Part shown: in pieces, positions 35,652 to 46,139 of the stretch
How the letters are laid out: each line of letters begins with the position of its first letter
How positions within the stretch are numbered: position 1 is the first letter of the stretch
From: Candidatus Doudnabacteria bacterium
GTDB lineage: Bacteria; Patescibacteriota; Doudnabacteria; UBA920
NCBI GenBank assembly: GCA_963837465.1
Contig: CAWINB010000004.1
Span: forward strand, 74,853 to 138,852
Length of the DNA: 64,000 bases
Direction of reading: 5' to 3'
Made by a program: the position numbers and the translations under genes
Notes under the pieces: generated by a model
Databases searched by the model: none
Told to the model about the DNA's origin: nothing
What the model saw: the letters and a program-made list of their open reading frames with translations, nothing else

Positions 35652-35869
35652 ACCATACCCGGCGCGAGACTCAAAACCTCGCGCCCCTATCTTAGCAAAT
35701 AAGCTTTATTTGTTGAGATAGGGATGTCCACTAAATTGACAACATATTAGTTAAATAAATTGCTTTAAATTAATCTTAGTATATAATTAACTTAAATAGA
35801 GACGGCTTAAATAAGCTATTCTCTTTATCTAAATAATTTAATCCCAAATTTTGGGAGAAATAAATATGT

Positions 35870-36622
35870 ATGAGAGATTTAGGAAGCACGCCTCTGGATG
35901 CTGTGGAATGGAAAGCTCCGGACACTGGGGCTGGAAGCCCTGAAGAAGGAAGCCCGCAGGCCAAAGCCGCAAAAATTATTGAAATATCAAAAGCCAATGC
36001 CTTACAGATTACTGAGAGAGAAGGAAAACCGGGCTGGGCTCCTTATGAAGACAGGTTGGCTGTTGCGGAGCGTAACTGGATATCGCAAGCCATGAAAGGC
36101 AACCAAGACCAGGCGGTTTTGGGAATTTTACAGCAACGATTGGCAGAAATAGACGAGCAAGTCCCAAACATGCAGGAATATTTACAGGATAGAGCAGCAG
36201 CGGAAGACAGTCTTGAAACGTATAGGGCTGGGATTGAGAATTCTAAAAAGGAAGCCAAAATTCTTTTGGAGCAAAAATTACCCGCCATAGAGGCTGCCTT
36301 TGCAGATTTTCCCCAAGAATTAAAAATAAATATTGCGGATAATAATGGTAAAAATATAGTGGCTTTGGATGACAGTCCTAATATGGCGATTGTGCACCAA
36401 AGGGAGCTGGGACAGCAAAAGTTTCCCGGCAAAACCGAGCAGCTGGAAAGTTTTTTAGACCAAGCCGGAAAAATTGTTACTACTTTTCCTAAACTGGAAG
36501 GAGAATACAACCTTGGTTTAATATGGCATAAAGAAAAAAGTATTACCGTCGGCAAACTATTAAAAGAAATTAAGTCCGCCCTTGAAGCGGCGGAAAAAGT
36601 TAAAACCCCGGAAACTCTTTAA
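35870..36622 (+). CDS. hypothetical protein (250 aa)
   Basis: Long ORF with coiled-coil-like composition and no recognisable domain. Confidence 0.45.
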   Translation: MRDLGSTPLDAVEWKAPDTGAGSPEEGSPQAKAAKIIEISKANALQITEREGKPGWAPYEDRLAVAERNWISQAMKGNQDQAVLGILQQRLAEIDEQVPNMQEYLQDRAAAEDSLETYRAGIENSKKEAKILLEQKLPAIEAAFADFPQELKINIADNNGKNIVALDDSPNMAIVHQRELGQQKFPGKTEQLESFLDQAGKIVTTFPKLEGEYNLGLIWHKEKSITVGKLLKEIKSALEAAEKVKTPETL

Positions 36623-36640
36623 ACAAGAGGGTTTATTATT

Positions 36641-37360
36641 TTGATTATGAACGAAACGGGAAGCAACAACGAAGAATTAGCCAATTGGCATCCGCCCGAA
36701 GAACCCAAAAAACCTTCGCGTTTTGGCAGGACTTTGGGCGCTGTAAACAGATTCAAAGACGCCGCAACAGAAGCGGCGGCTGGACAGTTTGCCAAGGGCA
36801 TGAAAGCCGCAAGGAATTTTGATACAGAGGCGGTTTTGACAGCGGCACAGGCGGCAGTGGATAGCGCCGCAACTGTCGGTAAGGATCTTGCCGGACGAGG
36901 CGCGGAGGTTGCAATCAATTTTAAAGATAGTGCTATTAAAACTTTTGAGGGTGAAAGATTCCGACAGCTTACTGCAACCCTCCAGGAAGTATTAACTTCG
37001 CCGGAAGCCCGTAAAGTTCTGGAAAAATTGCCCTTTGCCCGTGGGATTGTAAAAATTATTGAGGGCGGCGTGGGCACAACCATGGAACGGGAATCTTTAA
37101 GTGTATTCGGCAGAATGAAAAAAGTTGTCGGCGGAGGTAAAGATTTAGCGGTGGATACTCTGGGCGGAGAGGCTATAAAGGGAGCAAAAATTTTACAAGC
37201 GTTAATTAATGCCGGGCCCGATATTTTATCCCAAGTTGGGCATGCGCTAAAGGCCAGAGAAGTTAAAGGCGCGGAAACAATAGCGGCTTTGGCAAGTTTT
37301 ATGCAGGAACACCCAACCATCATAAACTTCTTAAGCGGCAAATTGCCGTCAAAAAGATAA
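36641..37360 (+). CDS. hypothetical Ala/Gly-rich protein (239 aa)
   Basis: Long ORF 18 nt after the previous gene (operon-like). Confidence 0.45.
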   Translation: MIMNETGSNNEELANWHPPEEPKKPSRFGRTLGAVNRFKDAATEAAAGQFAKGMKAARNFDTEAVLTAAQAAVDSAATVGKDLAGRGAEVAINFKDSAIKTFEGERFRQLTATLQEVLTSPEARKVLEKLPFARGIVKIIEGGVGTTMERESLSVFGRMKKVVGGGKDLAVDTLGGEAIKGAKILQALINAGPDILSQVGHALKAREVKGAETIAALASFMQEHPTIINFLSGKLPSKR

Positions 37361-37365
37361 TACTT

Positions 37366-37536
37366 ATGACCCAAGACCAACTAAACCAAATTTTAGATCA
37401 GCTTATTTCCTTAGGCGGGAATAAAGACGAATTGGAAATGTGGAGGGCCTTATACTTGACTTTACCTCAGGAAAAACAGGAGCAATTGGATAAAAATTTC
37501 AAACGGGAACTGGAACTGCTAAAAAATCAAGCCTGA
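37366..37536 (+). CDS. small hypothetical protein (56 aa, below the track cutoff), whose stop is embedded in an intrinsic terminator (37530-37553)
   Basis: ATG 6 nt after the previous stop; AGCCTGAT-aaa-ATCAGGCT + T5 at the 3' end. Confidence 0.3.
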   Translation: MTQDQLNQILDQLISLGGNKDELEMWRALYLTLPQEKQEQLDKNFKRELELLKNQA

Positions 37537-37567
37537 TAAAATCAGGCTTTTTAAATCCACGGATACC

Positions 37568-40500
37568 TTGATTTTTGGGTCAAAATACTATAAAGTTTGT
37601 TGTATGAAAAATTCATGGATTAACAATTATTTTGACGGGTTTACAATAGAAAAAGGGCGGGATTACTTTAACCAAAACAGGGTAAAGAGTATTAAATTTG
37701 AAGACGATGAATTAACGGCAAAAGTTTGGGGTACCGGCGCAAACCCTTACGATACAAAAATTCATCTGGAAAAAAGCGGAATATGTCACACCGAATGCAG
37801 TTGTCCAATAGGAGACGGCTGCAAACATTGCTCGGCTCTGGCTTTGGCTTACTTATCGGAGCAAAATAACCTGGCCTTGCCAACCATTAACGCGGCCGCC
37901 AAACAGGTTGTAAGCGGGCCTCCGGTAAAAATCGGCGCGTGGCAAAAATTTTTGGAGCCGATAATCGGCGGCAAACAGGAAACAAACAGCGACGCCGCGA
38001 CTCCGTGGCGCCTGCAAATTATATTGCGAACCAATGAGCCGGATTATTACCAAGAGGGTGTGGCGGAAGGCGCCGAACTACTGGTGGAACTTCGTCCGCA
38101 AAAAGTACATAACCAAACCGGCAAAACTATTTTCAGCGGCGTGGAATGGAACAGCCTGGAAAACTTAAAAACCCGCGACTATCAATATTACGTCCACGAG
38201 CCGGACAAACAACCCCCCAGAAGCCAAATAATTTGGCTTTGTAATTTACACGACGCCTTAAACCCGGACACCGGTTATTATTTTTCATCCAAAGACTGGC
38301 TGCCGGTGCCCGCCAGAAAAGCCGCGGATGTTTTTCGGTTGCTGTTAACAGCCGAAGAATTCGGCATAGACATAAAAGACCTGGCCGGCATTAAAGTAAA
38401 TATCAGCAACAAACCGGTAAAAAATTCTTTGGTAATAACCGAAGCCGGCAATAATGTAACTATCAGCCCTGAACTGACCCAGGACGGCAAAGTCATTGAT
38501 ATGGAAAGCCTGGAAACGGGAAGGCCGCCTGTTTTTGTCCTTTTGACCGGCAAACAGCCGAATTCCAAACAGCCGCTGGAGCTGAGACCTGTAATTCAAG
38601 CCGGCGCCGGCGTTAAAAAATTTGAAAGGCCTCTGGCAATACCGCAAAATGAACTTGACCAGTTTGTTAAAGAGTACCTGCCGCTGCTGGCCAGGGATTT
38701 TTATATAATTTCACAAACTGAAAAAATAAAACCGCCGATTTTAGGTGATCCGGTTTTAAACATATCCGTAAATAAAATATCTCCCCAATCCATAGGCATA
38801 GAAAATTATCTTGCCTACAATAACCGGCGCCTGGATTTGGCAAAAAATGATATTTATCTGGATAACGGGAACGAAGCGCCAATAGCCAGAAATTTGCGGC
38901 TGGAAAACCGTTTGAGCCGCGTAGTGACGGAAAAAATAATAGCGGCCGGCATTAAAACAGCGGCCAGGGAACAATTTACGCTGGCCGGCGCCGAAGCCAA
39001 AAGTTTTTTGGAAAAGGTTTTGCCGTCGCTGCGCGAACATCAGAACATTATTCTGGAGTCCGCCGCCGATTTGCCCCGGTTTGAAGAAGTGCTTGGGGCT
39101 CCAAAAATAGAAATTGAAATGGAGCAGGGGCAAAGCCAGGATTGGTTTGACCTCCAGCTAAAAATTTTCGTTGATGGCGCCAGCATACCTGTCGCAGAAA
39201 TTTTAAACGCGCTCGCGCAAAACAGCACCCTGTTGTTTTTGGCGGACGGCAGGTACATAGATTTAAGCAAAAGTCCGGAAATCCAAAAACTCCAGGCCCT
39301 GCTCAAACGCGCCAACAAGCTAAAAGACGTGGCCGGCGGCAAGCTCTCCATAAGCAAGTTTGAAGCCGGATGGTTCGAACAGCTTAAAGAACTCGGCATT
39401 GTGGCCAAGCAATCCAAACTTTGGGAAGACAGTGTGGGAAAACTAAAAAATTCTTCCGCTCCGGAATTGCTGCCGCATCCAAAAAATTGGCAGCACAAAC
39501 TGCGGGATTACCAACTGGAAGGCTTTTCCTGGCTGAACTTTTTGGCCGAAAACAACCTGGGCGGAATTTTGGCCGATGACATGGGCCTGGGCAAGACTGC
39601 TCAAAGTATTGCCCTGATATGCAAAGTTGCGGAAACAACCAAACTGCCCACCCTGATAGTAGCCCCAACCAGCGTGGTGGAAAGCTGGGATATGGAACTT
39701 AAAAAATTCGCGCCGGAACTTAAAACGGCAATTTTAAGGAGCGGCGACAGAAAAGCCGCGCTTAAAACGCTGGGCAAAAACCAGGTAGTGATAACTTCTT
39801 ACGCCCTTGTCAGGCGCGATTTTGAAATTTTAAAAAAACAGGTCTGGAAAATGCTGGTACTGGACGAAGCTCAAATGTTGAAAAACTACCAGTCGCAAAG
39901 CTACGGGCTGATAAGACAATTAAATGCCGGTGTAAAAATAGGGCTCTCCGGCACGCCAATGGAAAACAATTTAAGCGAGCTCTGGTCGGTTTTTTCCATA
40001 GTTTGTCCCGGACTGTTTTCCGATATTGAGCACTTTAAGGAATTTTTCCAAAAACCAATAGAAAGATTTTCCAATAAGGAAGCGCTGGACAGCCTGCGCA
40101 AACAAATCCGGCCTTTTATAATGCGGCGCAAAAAAGAACTGCTGGGAAAAGAATTGCCGGCAAAAATTGAACAAATTTCCCTGATGGATTTACAGGGCCG
40201 CCACCGAAAAATTTATGACCTCTGGCTGGCCAAGCAGAGGCAACTGGTTTTGGGGTTAATTGAACAGGGCGGGATGAAAGCCAACCGCTTTGCCATTCTT
40301 ACCGCCCTTACCCGCTTAAGGCAACTTTGCCTGCATCCGGCATTGGTGGATAAAAAACACCTGTCGGTGGAAGCTGTAAAAGTAGAAGGGCTGATTGGAC
40401 AAATTGAAGCCATTGTAGACGGCGGCCACCAGGTGCTGGTATTTAGCCAGTTTACCGGTTTTTTGGAAATTATCAGAAGCAGGCTTTCCGCGGAAGGCTA

Positions 40501-40876
40501 TTTTTATTCCTACATAGACGGCTCGGTAAAAAAACGCCGCGAAGAAATTGACAAGTTCCAGTCGGGCAAAACAAAAATTTTCCTCATTAGCCTTAAAGCC
40601 GGCGGTTTTGGGTTAAATCTGACGGCGGCCGATTACTGCATTATGCTTGACCCATGGTGGAACCCGGCGGCCGAAGCCCAGGCCATAGACCGCGCCCACC
40701 GCATTGGCCAGACCAAACAGGTTATGGTCTACCGCTTCATCGCTAAAAATACCATAGAGGAAAAAGTTTTAAAACTTCAGGAAAAAAAGCGCTCCCTGTT
40801 TAAAAATGTCCTGGACGAAGGCGAATTCTTCTCGCAAATGATTACCGAGGATGACATAAAATCCATTTTGGAATAA
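37568..40876 (+). CDS. SWIM zinc-finger / SNF2-family helicase (likely start at the Met at about 37604)
   Basis: N-terminal SWIM 'CSCPIGDGCKHCSALALAYL'. C-terminal SNF2 ATPase 'LRDYQLEGFSWL...DDMGLGKTAQSIAL', 'DEAQMLKN', 'LSGTPMENNLSELWSVF' and helicase-C 'DRAHRIGQTKQVMVYRFIAKNTIEEKV'. Confidence 0.85.
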   Translation: MIFGSKYYKVCCMKNSWINNYFDGFTIEKGRDYFNQNRVKSIKFEDDELTAKVWGTGANPYDTKIHLEKSGICHTECSCPIGDGCKHCSALALAYLSEQNNLALPTINAAAKQVVSGPPVKIGAWQKFLEPIIGGKQETNSDAATPWRLQIILRTNEPDYYQEGVAEGAELLVELRPQKVHNQTGKTIFSGVEWNSLENLKTRDYQYYVHEPDKQPPRSQIIWLCNLHDALNPDTGYYFSSKDWLPVPARKAADVFRLLLTAEEFGIDIKDLAGIKVNISNKPVKNSLVITEAGNNVTISPELTQDGKVIDMESLETGRPPVFVLLTGKQPNSKQPLELRPVIQAGAGVKKFERPLAIPQNELDQFVKEYLPLLARDFYIISQTEKIKPPILGDPVLNISVNKISPQSIGIENYLAYNNRRLDLAKNDIYLDNGNEAPIARNLRLENRLSRVVTEKIIAAGIKTAAREQFTLAGAEAKSFLEKVLPSLREHQNIILESAADLPRFEEVLGAPKIEIEMEQGQSQDWFDLQLKIFVDGASIPVAEILNALAQNSTLLFLADGRYIDLSKSPEIQKLQALLKRANKLKDVAGGKLSISKFEAGWFEQLKELGIVAKQSKLWEDSVGKLKNSSAPELLPHPKNWQHKLRDYQLEGFSWLNFLAENNLGGILADDMGLGKTAQSIALICKVAETTKLPTLIVAPTSVVESWDMELKKFAPELKTAILRSGDRKAALKTLGKNQVVITSYALVRRDFEILKKQVWKMLVLDEAQMLKNYQSQSYGLIRQLNAGVKIGLSGTPMENNLSELWSVFSIVCPGLFSDIEHFKEFFQKPIERFSNKEALDSLRKQIRPFIMRRKKELLGKELPAKIEQISLMDLQGRHRKIYDLWLAKQRQLVLGLIEQGGMKANRFAILTALTRLRQLCLHPALVDKKHLSVEAVKVEGLIGQIEAIVDGGHQVLVFSQFTGFLEIIRSRLSAEGYFYSYIDGSVKKRREEIDKFQSGKTKIFLISLKAGGFGLNLTAADYCIMLDPWWNPAAEAQAIDRAHRIGQTKQVMVYRFIAKNTIEEKVLKLQEKKRSLFKNVLDEGEFFSQMITEDDIKSILE

Positions 40877-40879
40877 AAT

Positions 40880-40909
40880 ACCGGCTTAGGCTTTAGCGCC
40901 GGTTTTTTA
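40880..40909 (+). terminator. intrinsic terminator ACCGGC...GCCGGT + T6 after the SNF2 gene
   Basis: Stem followed by a T-run; overlaps the 3' end of the convergent TrmB-2 gene. Confidence 0.5.
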
Positions 40910-41677
40910 ATTTACCACTTTCTCATAAGGCTCGCTTGCCAGCCAGGATGTGATAAACAGCGCTTCCAGGGATTCATAAATTCCCCTGCTGGAGATTTGC
41001 ACGGCAAAAATATAGGGTTGGTAGGAAAAAAATGCCGCGGTGCCATCAAACAGAGCGTTATCTGTCATTAAATTCATACCGGCGGGCAAAAACCTATGCT
41101 GGTAGTTCTCGCTGTGCTGCATTTTTTTTGCGTAATTAATGTCTCCCTCGTTACGGCTTAAAAGTTCCCGAAATTTCATTTTGCCCTCCAGGGCTGTTTT
41201 CATTATTCGATTGGGATAATCCGGAAACACACTTTCAATATCGCGGATTGTACAGAAAAAATCCACTTTTTTTGCCTGTAAAATTCTTTCGTAAACTTCA
41301 GCCACAGCCTCTTTTCCCTCAAAAAACTGAACTTGGGGTTTTTCTTTGCGTTCAGATTCATTATAAAGAGCCTCAAGGTTGGGTAAAAATCTTTTATAAA
41401 GCTCCTTGGTTTTTTCCAGCTCTCCTAAAATTTTCCCCGGGCCGACGGCAACATACAATTTTCTACCCCCTTGCGGCACCGAAGAAACCAGGCCTTTATG
41501 CTGAAGGCTTTCCAAAACAACATAGGTAATAGGCCTTTTAAGCGCGGCCTTTGGTCCTATTTTGTAGGCAGAAGACGGTCCCAGCTCAAGCAAAGCCAAA
41601 TAAACCCTGGCTTCTTTATCACTTAACCCTGCCTTGTTTAACACTTCTGCTAATTCCATATATACAGTATATATCAA
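40907..41677 (-). CDS. TrmB-family HTH transcriptional regulator, paralogue 2
   Basis: 'LNKAGLSDKEARVYLALLELGPSSAYKIGPKAALKRPITYVVLESLQHKGLVS'. Similar length and C-terminal domain to paralogue 1. Confidence 0.7.
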   Translation of the reverse strand: MIYTVYMELAEVLNKAGLSDKEARVYLALLELGPSSAYKIGPKAALKRPITYVVLESLQHKGLVSSVPQGGRKLYVAVGPGKILGELEKTKELYKRFLPNLEALYNESERKEKPQVQFFEGKEAVAEVYERILQAKKVDFFCTIRDIESVFPDYPNRIMKTALEGKMKFRELLSRNEGDINYAKKMQHSENYQHRFLPAGMNLMTDNALFDGTAAFFSYQPYIFAVQISSRGIYESLEALFITSWLASEPYEKVVN

Positions 41678-41773
41678 ATCTTAAATTTAGTCAATATTTT
41701 TGATTATTATATTATATATCATAAAAAAGCTTATAAATAAAGCATAATATAACATTTAGTCTATTCTATGTTA

Positions 41774-41802
41774 TTGACTATATGTCATATTTATGACATA
41801 AT
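41774..41802 (+). promoter_or_regulatory. conserved promoter copy 2: TTGACT-17-CATAAT with internal dyad TATGTCATA..TATGACATA
   Basis: Matches 33905-33933; drives the plus-strand gene at 41837. Confidence 0.6.
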
Positions 41803-41836
41803 ACATTGTCAGGATAATTAAACGAAAGGATTTCAT

Positions 41837-42265
41837 ATGCATAATGAAAAAAGTTATAATTCTGATTTTTTATTGTTTCAACCGATTTTTAAAAAAGAAA
41901 GCCAGCTAGAAGGAGGTGTTAATATGGACGAAACTTTAGGGAAAATAGCCGTTGAAATGGACAGGCTCGCAGAAAAACAGGCCAATAAAATTGGCTGGAA
42001 CAGAGACATGAGGCGCTTCACTGAAGGATGCCTATATTGCACAGCAAGGTGCCATTTACGCGGCCAGCCCGATGTGCGGCATGATTTTTTAGAAGACCTT
42101 TGGCAGATTCTCCCGGCTTACGGAATAAACCCCCTGCCAATCCAGGAAGCCTTTAAACAAAAGTTGTTGGAAAAACCATGGACTACAACGGTTGCATATC
42201 GTCGAGAGGATATCTTAAAGTTGGTTGCCGATCAGCTTATCAATCGGGCAGCTAAGTCTAAATAA
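41837..42265 (+). CDS. hypothetical protein (likely true start at the ATG at about 41924, preceded by GAAGGAGGTG)
   Basis: Strong SD before the internal Met 'MDETLGKIAV'; no recognisable domain. Confidence 0.45.
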   Translation: MHNEKSYNSDFLLFQPIFKKESQLEGGVNMDETLGKIAVEMDRLAEKQANKIGWNRDMRRFTEGCLYCTARCHLRGQPDVRHDFLEDLWQILPAYGINPLPIQEAFKQKLLEKPWTTTVAYRREDILKLVADQLINRAAKSK

Positions 42266-42450
42266 AAAATAAAACTATCAATTATGGGGAACATTGCGAC
42301 ATGCTCCCCTCCGTTTTTGAGAACTTGATAGCAATTCAAGCTTTCAAAAATGGAAAATATCACTATTGCCCTAAAATATGTTTTCTGCTAAACTATTTCC
42401 ATCCCGGTAAAAAGTTGCTGCTATTTACCTGGGTCCGTGTCCTATTTTAT

Positions 42451-42487
42451 GCTATTCCCTAATCACTAATCCCTATTCCCTAAATTT
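42451..42487 (+). repeat. GCTATTCCCTAATCACTAATCCCTATTCCCTAAATTT motif immediately upstream of the rpsT ATG; related to the inverted repeats flanking the four-helix-bundle gene
   Basis: Shares CCTAATCACTA with 24794-24826, which likewise abuts a start codon. Confidence 0.45.
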
Positions 42488-42751
42488 ATGCCCAACACCA
42501 AATCGGCCGCCAAGGCCATGAGACAGTCTGTTCGCCGCAGAGAAAAAAACTTGGCCAGCAAAGATAAGTTCAAGGACGCGGTTAAGGAAGTAAAAAAACT
42601 TATTGCCGCCGGCAAAAAAAGCGACGCCATGGAAGCCATGAAAGCCGCCATGTCCTCACTGGACAAAGCCGTTAAGAAAAATGTTATCAAAAAAGGCAAA
42701 TCATCGCGTCTGAAATCCAGAATCGCGAAAGCAATCGCGAAAATCAAATAA
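42488..42751 (+). CDS. rpsT: 30S ribosomal protein S20
   Basis: 'MPNTKSAAKAMRQSVRRREKN...'; 87 aa. Confidence 0.9.
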   Translation: MPNTKSAAKAMRQSVRRREKNLASKDKFKDAVKEVKKLIAAGKKSDAMEAMKAAMSSLDKAVKKNVIKKGKSSRLKSRIAKAIAKIK

Positions 42752-42756
42752 CATTA

Positions 42757-42783
42757 AAAATCCTCCGCATGGAGGATTTTTTA
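42757..42783 (+). terminator. intrinsic terminator ATCCTCC-gcat-GGAGGAT + T5
   Basis: Perfect 7-bp stem and T-run after rpsT. Confidence 0.75.
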
Positions 42784-42871
42784 GCAAAGACTTCGCTGGA
42801 ACCCAATTTTAAAAATCCTTTATGGCTAAAGTAGCGGCAATTTCGCCTGAAAATTATTTTTAAAACAGGCT

Positions 42872-45733
42872 CTAATAGCTCCAATTTAAGTCCCCCTGAT
42901 TAGTTGTTATTTTAATCAACGCTAACCCATTTAAAGTTTTATTAATTTTTCCAGTTTGGTCTTTACCTATTAACAGGGTTTTATTCAGCATGTAAATGGC
43001 TAAAATATTATAGTCTTTTTTGGATTGTACCTGCTGGGTCAGGACTTGCGGGACGCCTTTTCTGTCAAATGACCAATCAAAGTGTAAAAGGTTGGCGCTT
43101 AAGTCCGCGGCTTTGCCATTATAGGTCAAGGATTTAATGTCGGCCTTAAGCGTATTCTTCCTGCCTTTGCCCTGCAAGGTCATTATGGTTCGGTTGCCCG
43201 CGGCATCGGTAGCTGTAATAACATCGTCCTGGTCTAAAACCTTAAGGCTTGGACGGCTGATTAAGCTTGACGTGGAAGACAATAAAGCAGGAAGAGTATC
43301 TGTCGCGGTAAATTGCAGGTCCTCCAGGTCGGGATTAAACCGCACAACCAACTCCGGCGCGGTTTTATCTATTGTAAAGACAATGGTTTGGTGCTGTTCG
43401 TTGTTGCCGGCTTTATCCGTGGAGAAAAAACTTACGGTATGGATGCCTTCTGAACTTACCACAACCGGCTGGTCATAAGCTTGGTAACCGCTGCCATCCA
43501 AACTATATCGCGTATTTAAAACTCCGGATGTTTGGCTTGAGTTATTGCCCGCCACAGGATCGATGGCGGACAAACCAACGCTGACATTGCTGCTGTAATA
43601 TCCGATCTGTCCCATAGTGCCTGTAATGGTGGAAGTGGAAACGGGAGCCGTAATATCAGCGGACTGATTCGCGTTAATAACCGAAGAAGGCATAACCGTA
43701 ACCGGAACGCTGGTGGCCGTAGCCCGTAAACTTAAAGTTGTCGGTCCCCCGCTGCCAAGATTAACAGATCCGGTCAATGACGGGGTTACGGGAAGATTGC
43801 TAAAGACCTGGGTTTGGGTTACATTGTTGCCGTCTATACTTTGGTCATCCAGGGTAAAGGTACCGGAGCCTACGCCAGTTAAGTTGATATTATAAGTTTG
43901 CCCGTCATCGTCAGGTAAAAATACGTACTTATGATCGCCCCATACTTCGTAATCGGCTCCCGGAATATCGTTTTGCATGGAGCCGTTGGAAGCGACTTGG
44001 GAAATATTACCTGACTGGTCGGTAACGGATATCGCCACAGGGCTTTTAATCTTAATCTGCTCACCTTTAATTTCACAAAGCTTGGGGTTGGCCTGGACCG
44101 CGTCGTGGGTTAAAATTTTTCCATCCGTATCAAGCCGACTGCCAGTTAAAATATTAACTATTTGCTGTCTAATGCCGTCTGCCGATGGCATTTTTCCATG
44201 TTCCGCTTTCGGCGCGAAAAATACGTGATCGGGATCAGCAGGAATGGTTTGCGCGCTCAGCAGCGGCACAGTACCGTCGCCGCTGGCATCAACCGGAAAA
44301 TCATAAACAGAAGAGCCGTCCTCCTGGACACTTTCCGTAAACTTGCCGAAGGTCGCGGTTTTACAACCAATAATATTATACACATCAACGCCATTGTTGC
44401 GGATATCATAGTTATCAAAATCGGCGGTACGCAAAGCATGGCTGTTGGCAAGAGCCGCGCTGTTTACCAAATGCTGATTTTCAAACTCCGCGACCGTGCT
44501 ATTGTAATCCAGGTCTTTGCCCTCATCTATGAGCGAAACAAAAGGATCGGACTTATTTAAAAAACTGCCTACCTGCCGGCCATACTGCGCGTCCGGAGCC
44601 AAGTCATAAGCGATGGGCAGGTTTTGGGAGATTTGCTTCATCTCCTGATCATTCAGGTCCGGTACGCTAAAACCATCGCCATTTATTAAAGCCTTAAAGG
44701 CTTTTGGGGCTCCCAGGTTTGGGACGCCTACAAACACAACCTTGTTTAAAAAGCTTGGCTCATTATTGTTGGCACTATCCATTACATATTTTTTTACAAT
44801 TAAGCCCCCGGTACTATGCGCCACAAGATTAACCTAACCTATGCCGGTCTGTAAAATTATGGAATCAATTTTATTTTTTAATTGCCTTACAACATCATCG
44901 CTCACCCCATAACGCCAATCATAAGGAAAAACAAATAAATTTTGATTTTCAGTATATCCTTGACTGGTAAGCTGGCTTATCAGACCCGCGGAATAATTAT
45001 ATAACTGAAAGGGGTTTCTTATTATATCCCCTGTTTCTACATCAGCATTGGACGGAACTAAGTCCGGGCTAAAACCCAAAGGGTTCATGAAAGAATCGCT
45101 GTCAAATGGATTTTTAGCCATTCTTGGGATGTCGGCCCACAGTAAAGTATTGTTTTGGAATATTTCCGTACCCAACAAGCCAGGGACAATCAGCACAGGC
45201 CGCGGAGCGCCTGGGTCGGCAATAGAAAAAGAAGCGGAAACAACCTCGGAACTTCCGTAATAATCATTGGCGCTAAAAGAGGCTTTAAATCCGCTTTGAA
45301 AATTTGGGTTTGTAAAAACATTGTCACAAAGAGGGCAGTTTAAAAGCGTATTATGATCGTCATCCCAAATCTGGAAGCGCGCCCCGCTAATAAAACGCAG
45401 GCTAAAATTAATGGTGCCCGCGGGCAGGATAAACGTACTGGTTTGTAAATTTGAAAAATTATCGACCAAATTGCAGTTGCTGTCAAAAATATCCAAGCCC
45501 GGCACAATAATATTTTGTCCATTGTTATTTTCATTATCCAAAAGCCGCAAATGAATTCTTAAAAGCCCATTCGCATAGTCGGCGGACGTAAAACTATCCA
45601 AAAAATGATTATCATCGCGGTAGCTAACACCTCTGCAAACCGCGCCGCCGCCAATAGGAATAGTAACAGCCGCAAAAGCATAATAAGGCAAAATAAATAA
45701 CCCCGGAACCAAAACCAAAAAAATTTTTCTCAT
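42872..45733 (-). pseudogene. large secreted lipase/PGAP1-like alpha/beta-hydrolase with C-terminal beta-rich surface domains, interrupted by one in-frame TAG (44834-44836) five codons upstream of the GHSxG-like nucleophile motif
   Basis: Track ORFs 44834..45733 (signal peptide, 'PVLIVPGLLGT') and 42872..44824 (begins V-N-L-V-'AHSTGG') are in the same frame: ...QTGIG-TAG-VNLVAHSTGG. Confidence 0.6.
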
Positions 45734-46095
45734 AATACTTTCACTTTAATTTTTAATACCGAAAATTTATTGTGGCCGATAATAAATAAAGGTTCCCCGC
45801 CGCAAACAGCGGGGTATTACCGCAACTACGCTTCGCGGCAAGCCCGCGGGGCGGGGCATTGAACCTGTATTAACCCCTCTCGGCTCTCAAAGTAAATAGC
45901 AAGCTATTTACTTTGACTCGCTCTACGTCGCGAATAAAAATATTGCTGAAAATGTGCTTATGAGATTTATCATTTTTTATTATAAACTTATCCCTTTTAT
46001 AAATTTATGCTTTATTTAAGCATAACAGTTATAAATCTGTTGTCAAATAAGGTTATTTTAATTAAAAAGGCTTAATTATAATAAGTTATCCACAT

Positions 46096-46131
46096 AAAAA
46101 TCACCCTTTGGCTAAGCAAAGGGTGATTTTT
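46096..46131. terminator. bidirectional terminator AAAATCACCCTTTG-gctaagc-CAAAGGGTGATTTT downstream of the DUF3276-like gene
   Basis: Perfect 14-bp stem flanked by an A-run and a T-run. Confidence 0.65.
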
Positions 46132-46139
46132 ACCAAAAG

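Noticed and set aside
44834-44836. Programmed TAG recoding (pyrrolysine or genetic-code change) in the lipase-like gene
   Set aside because: All other long genes in the window terminate normally and none contains in-frame TAG. No pyl genes are seen. A nonsense mutation or sequencing error is more parsimonious.
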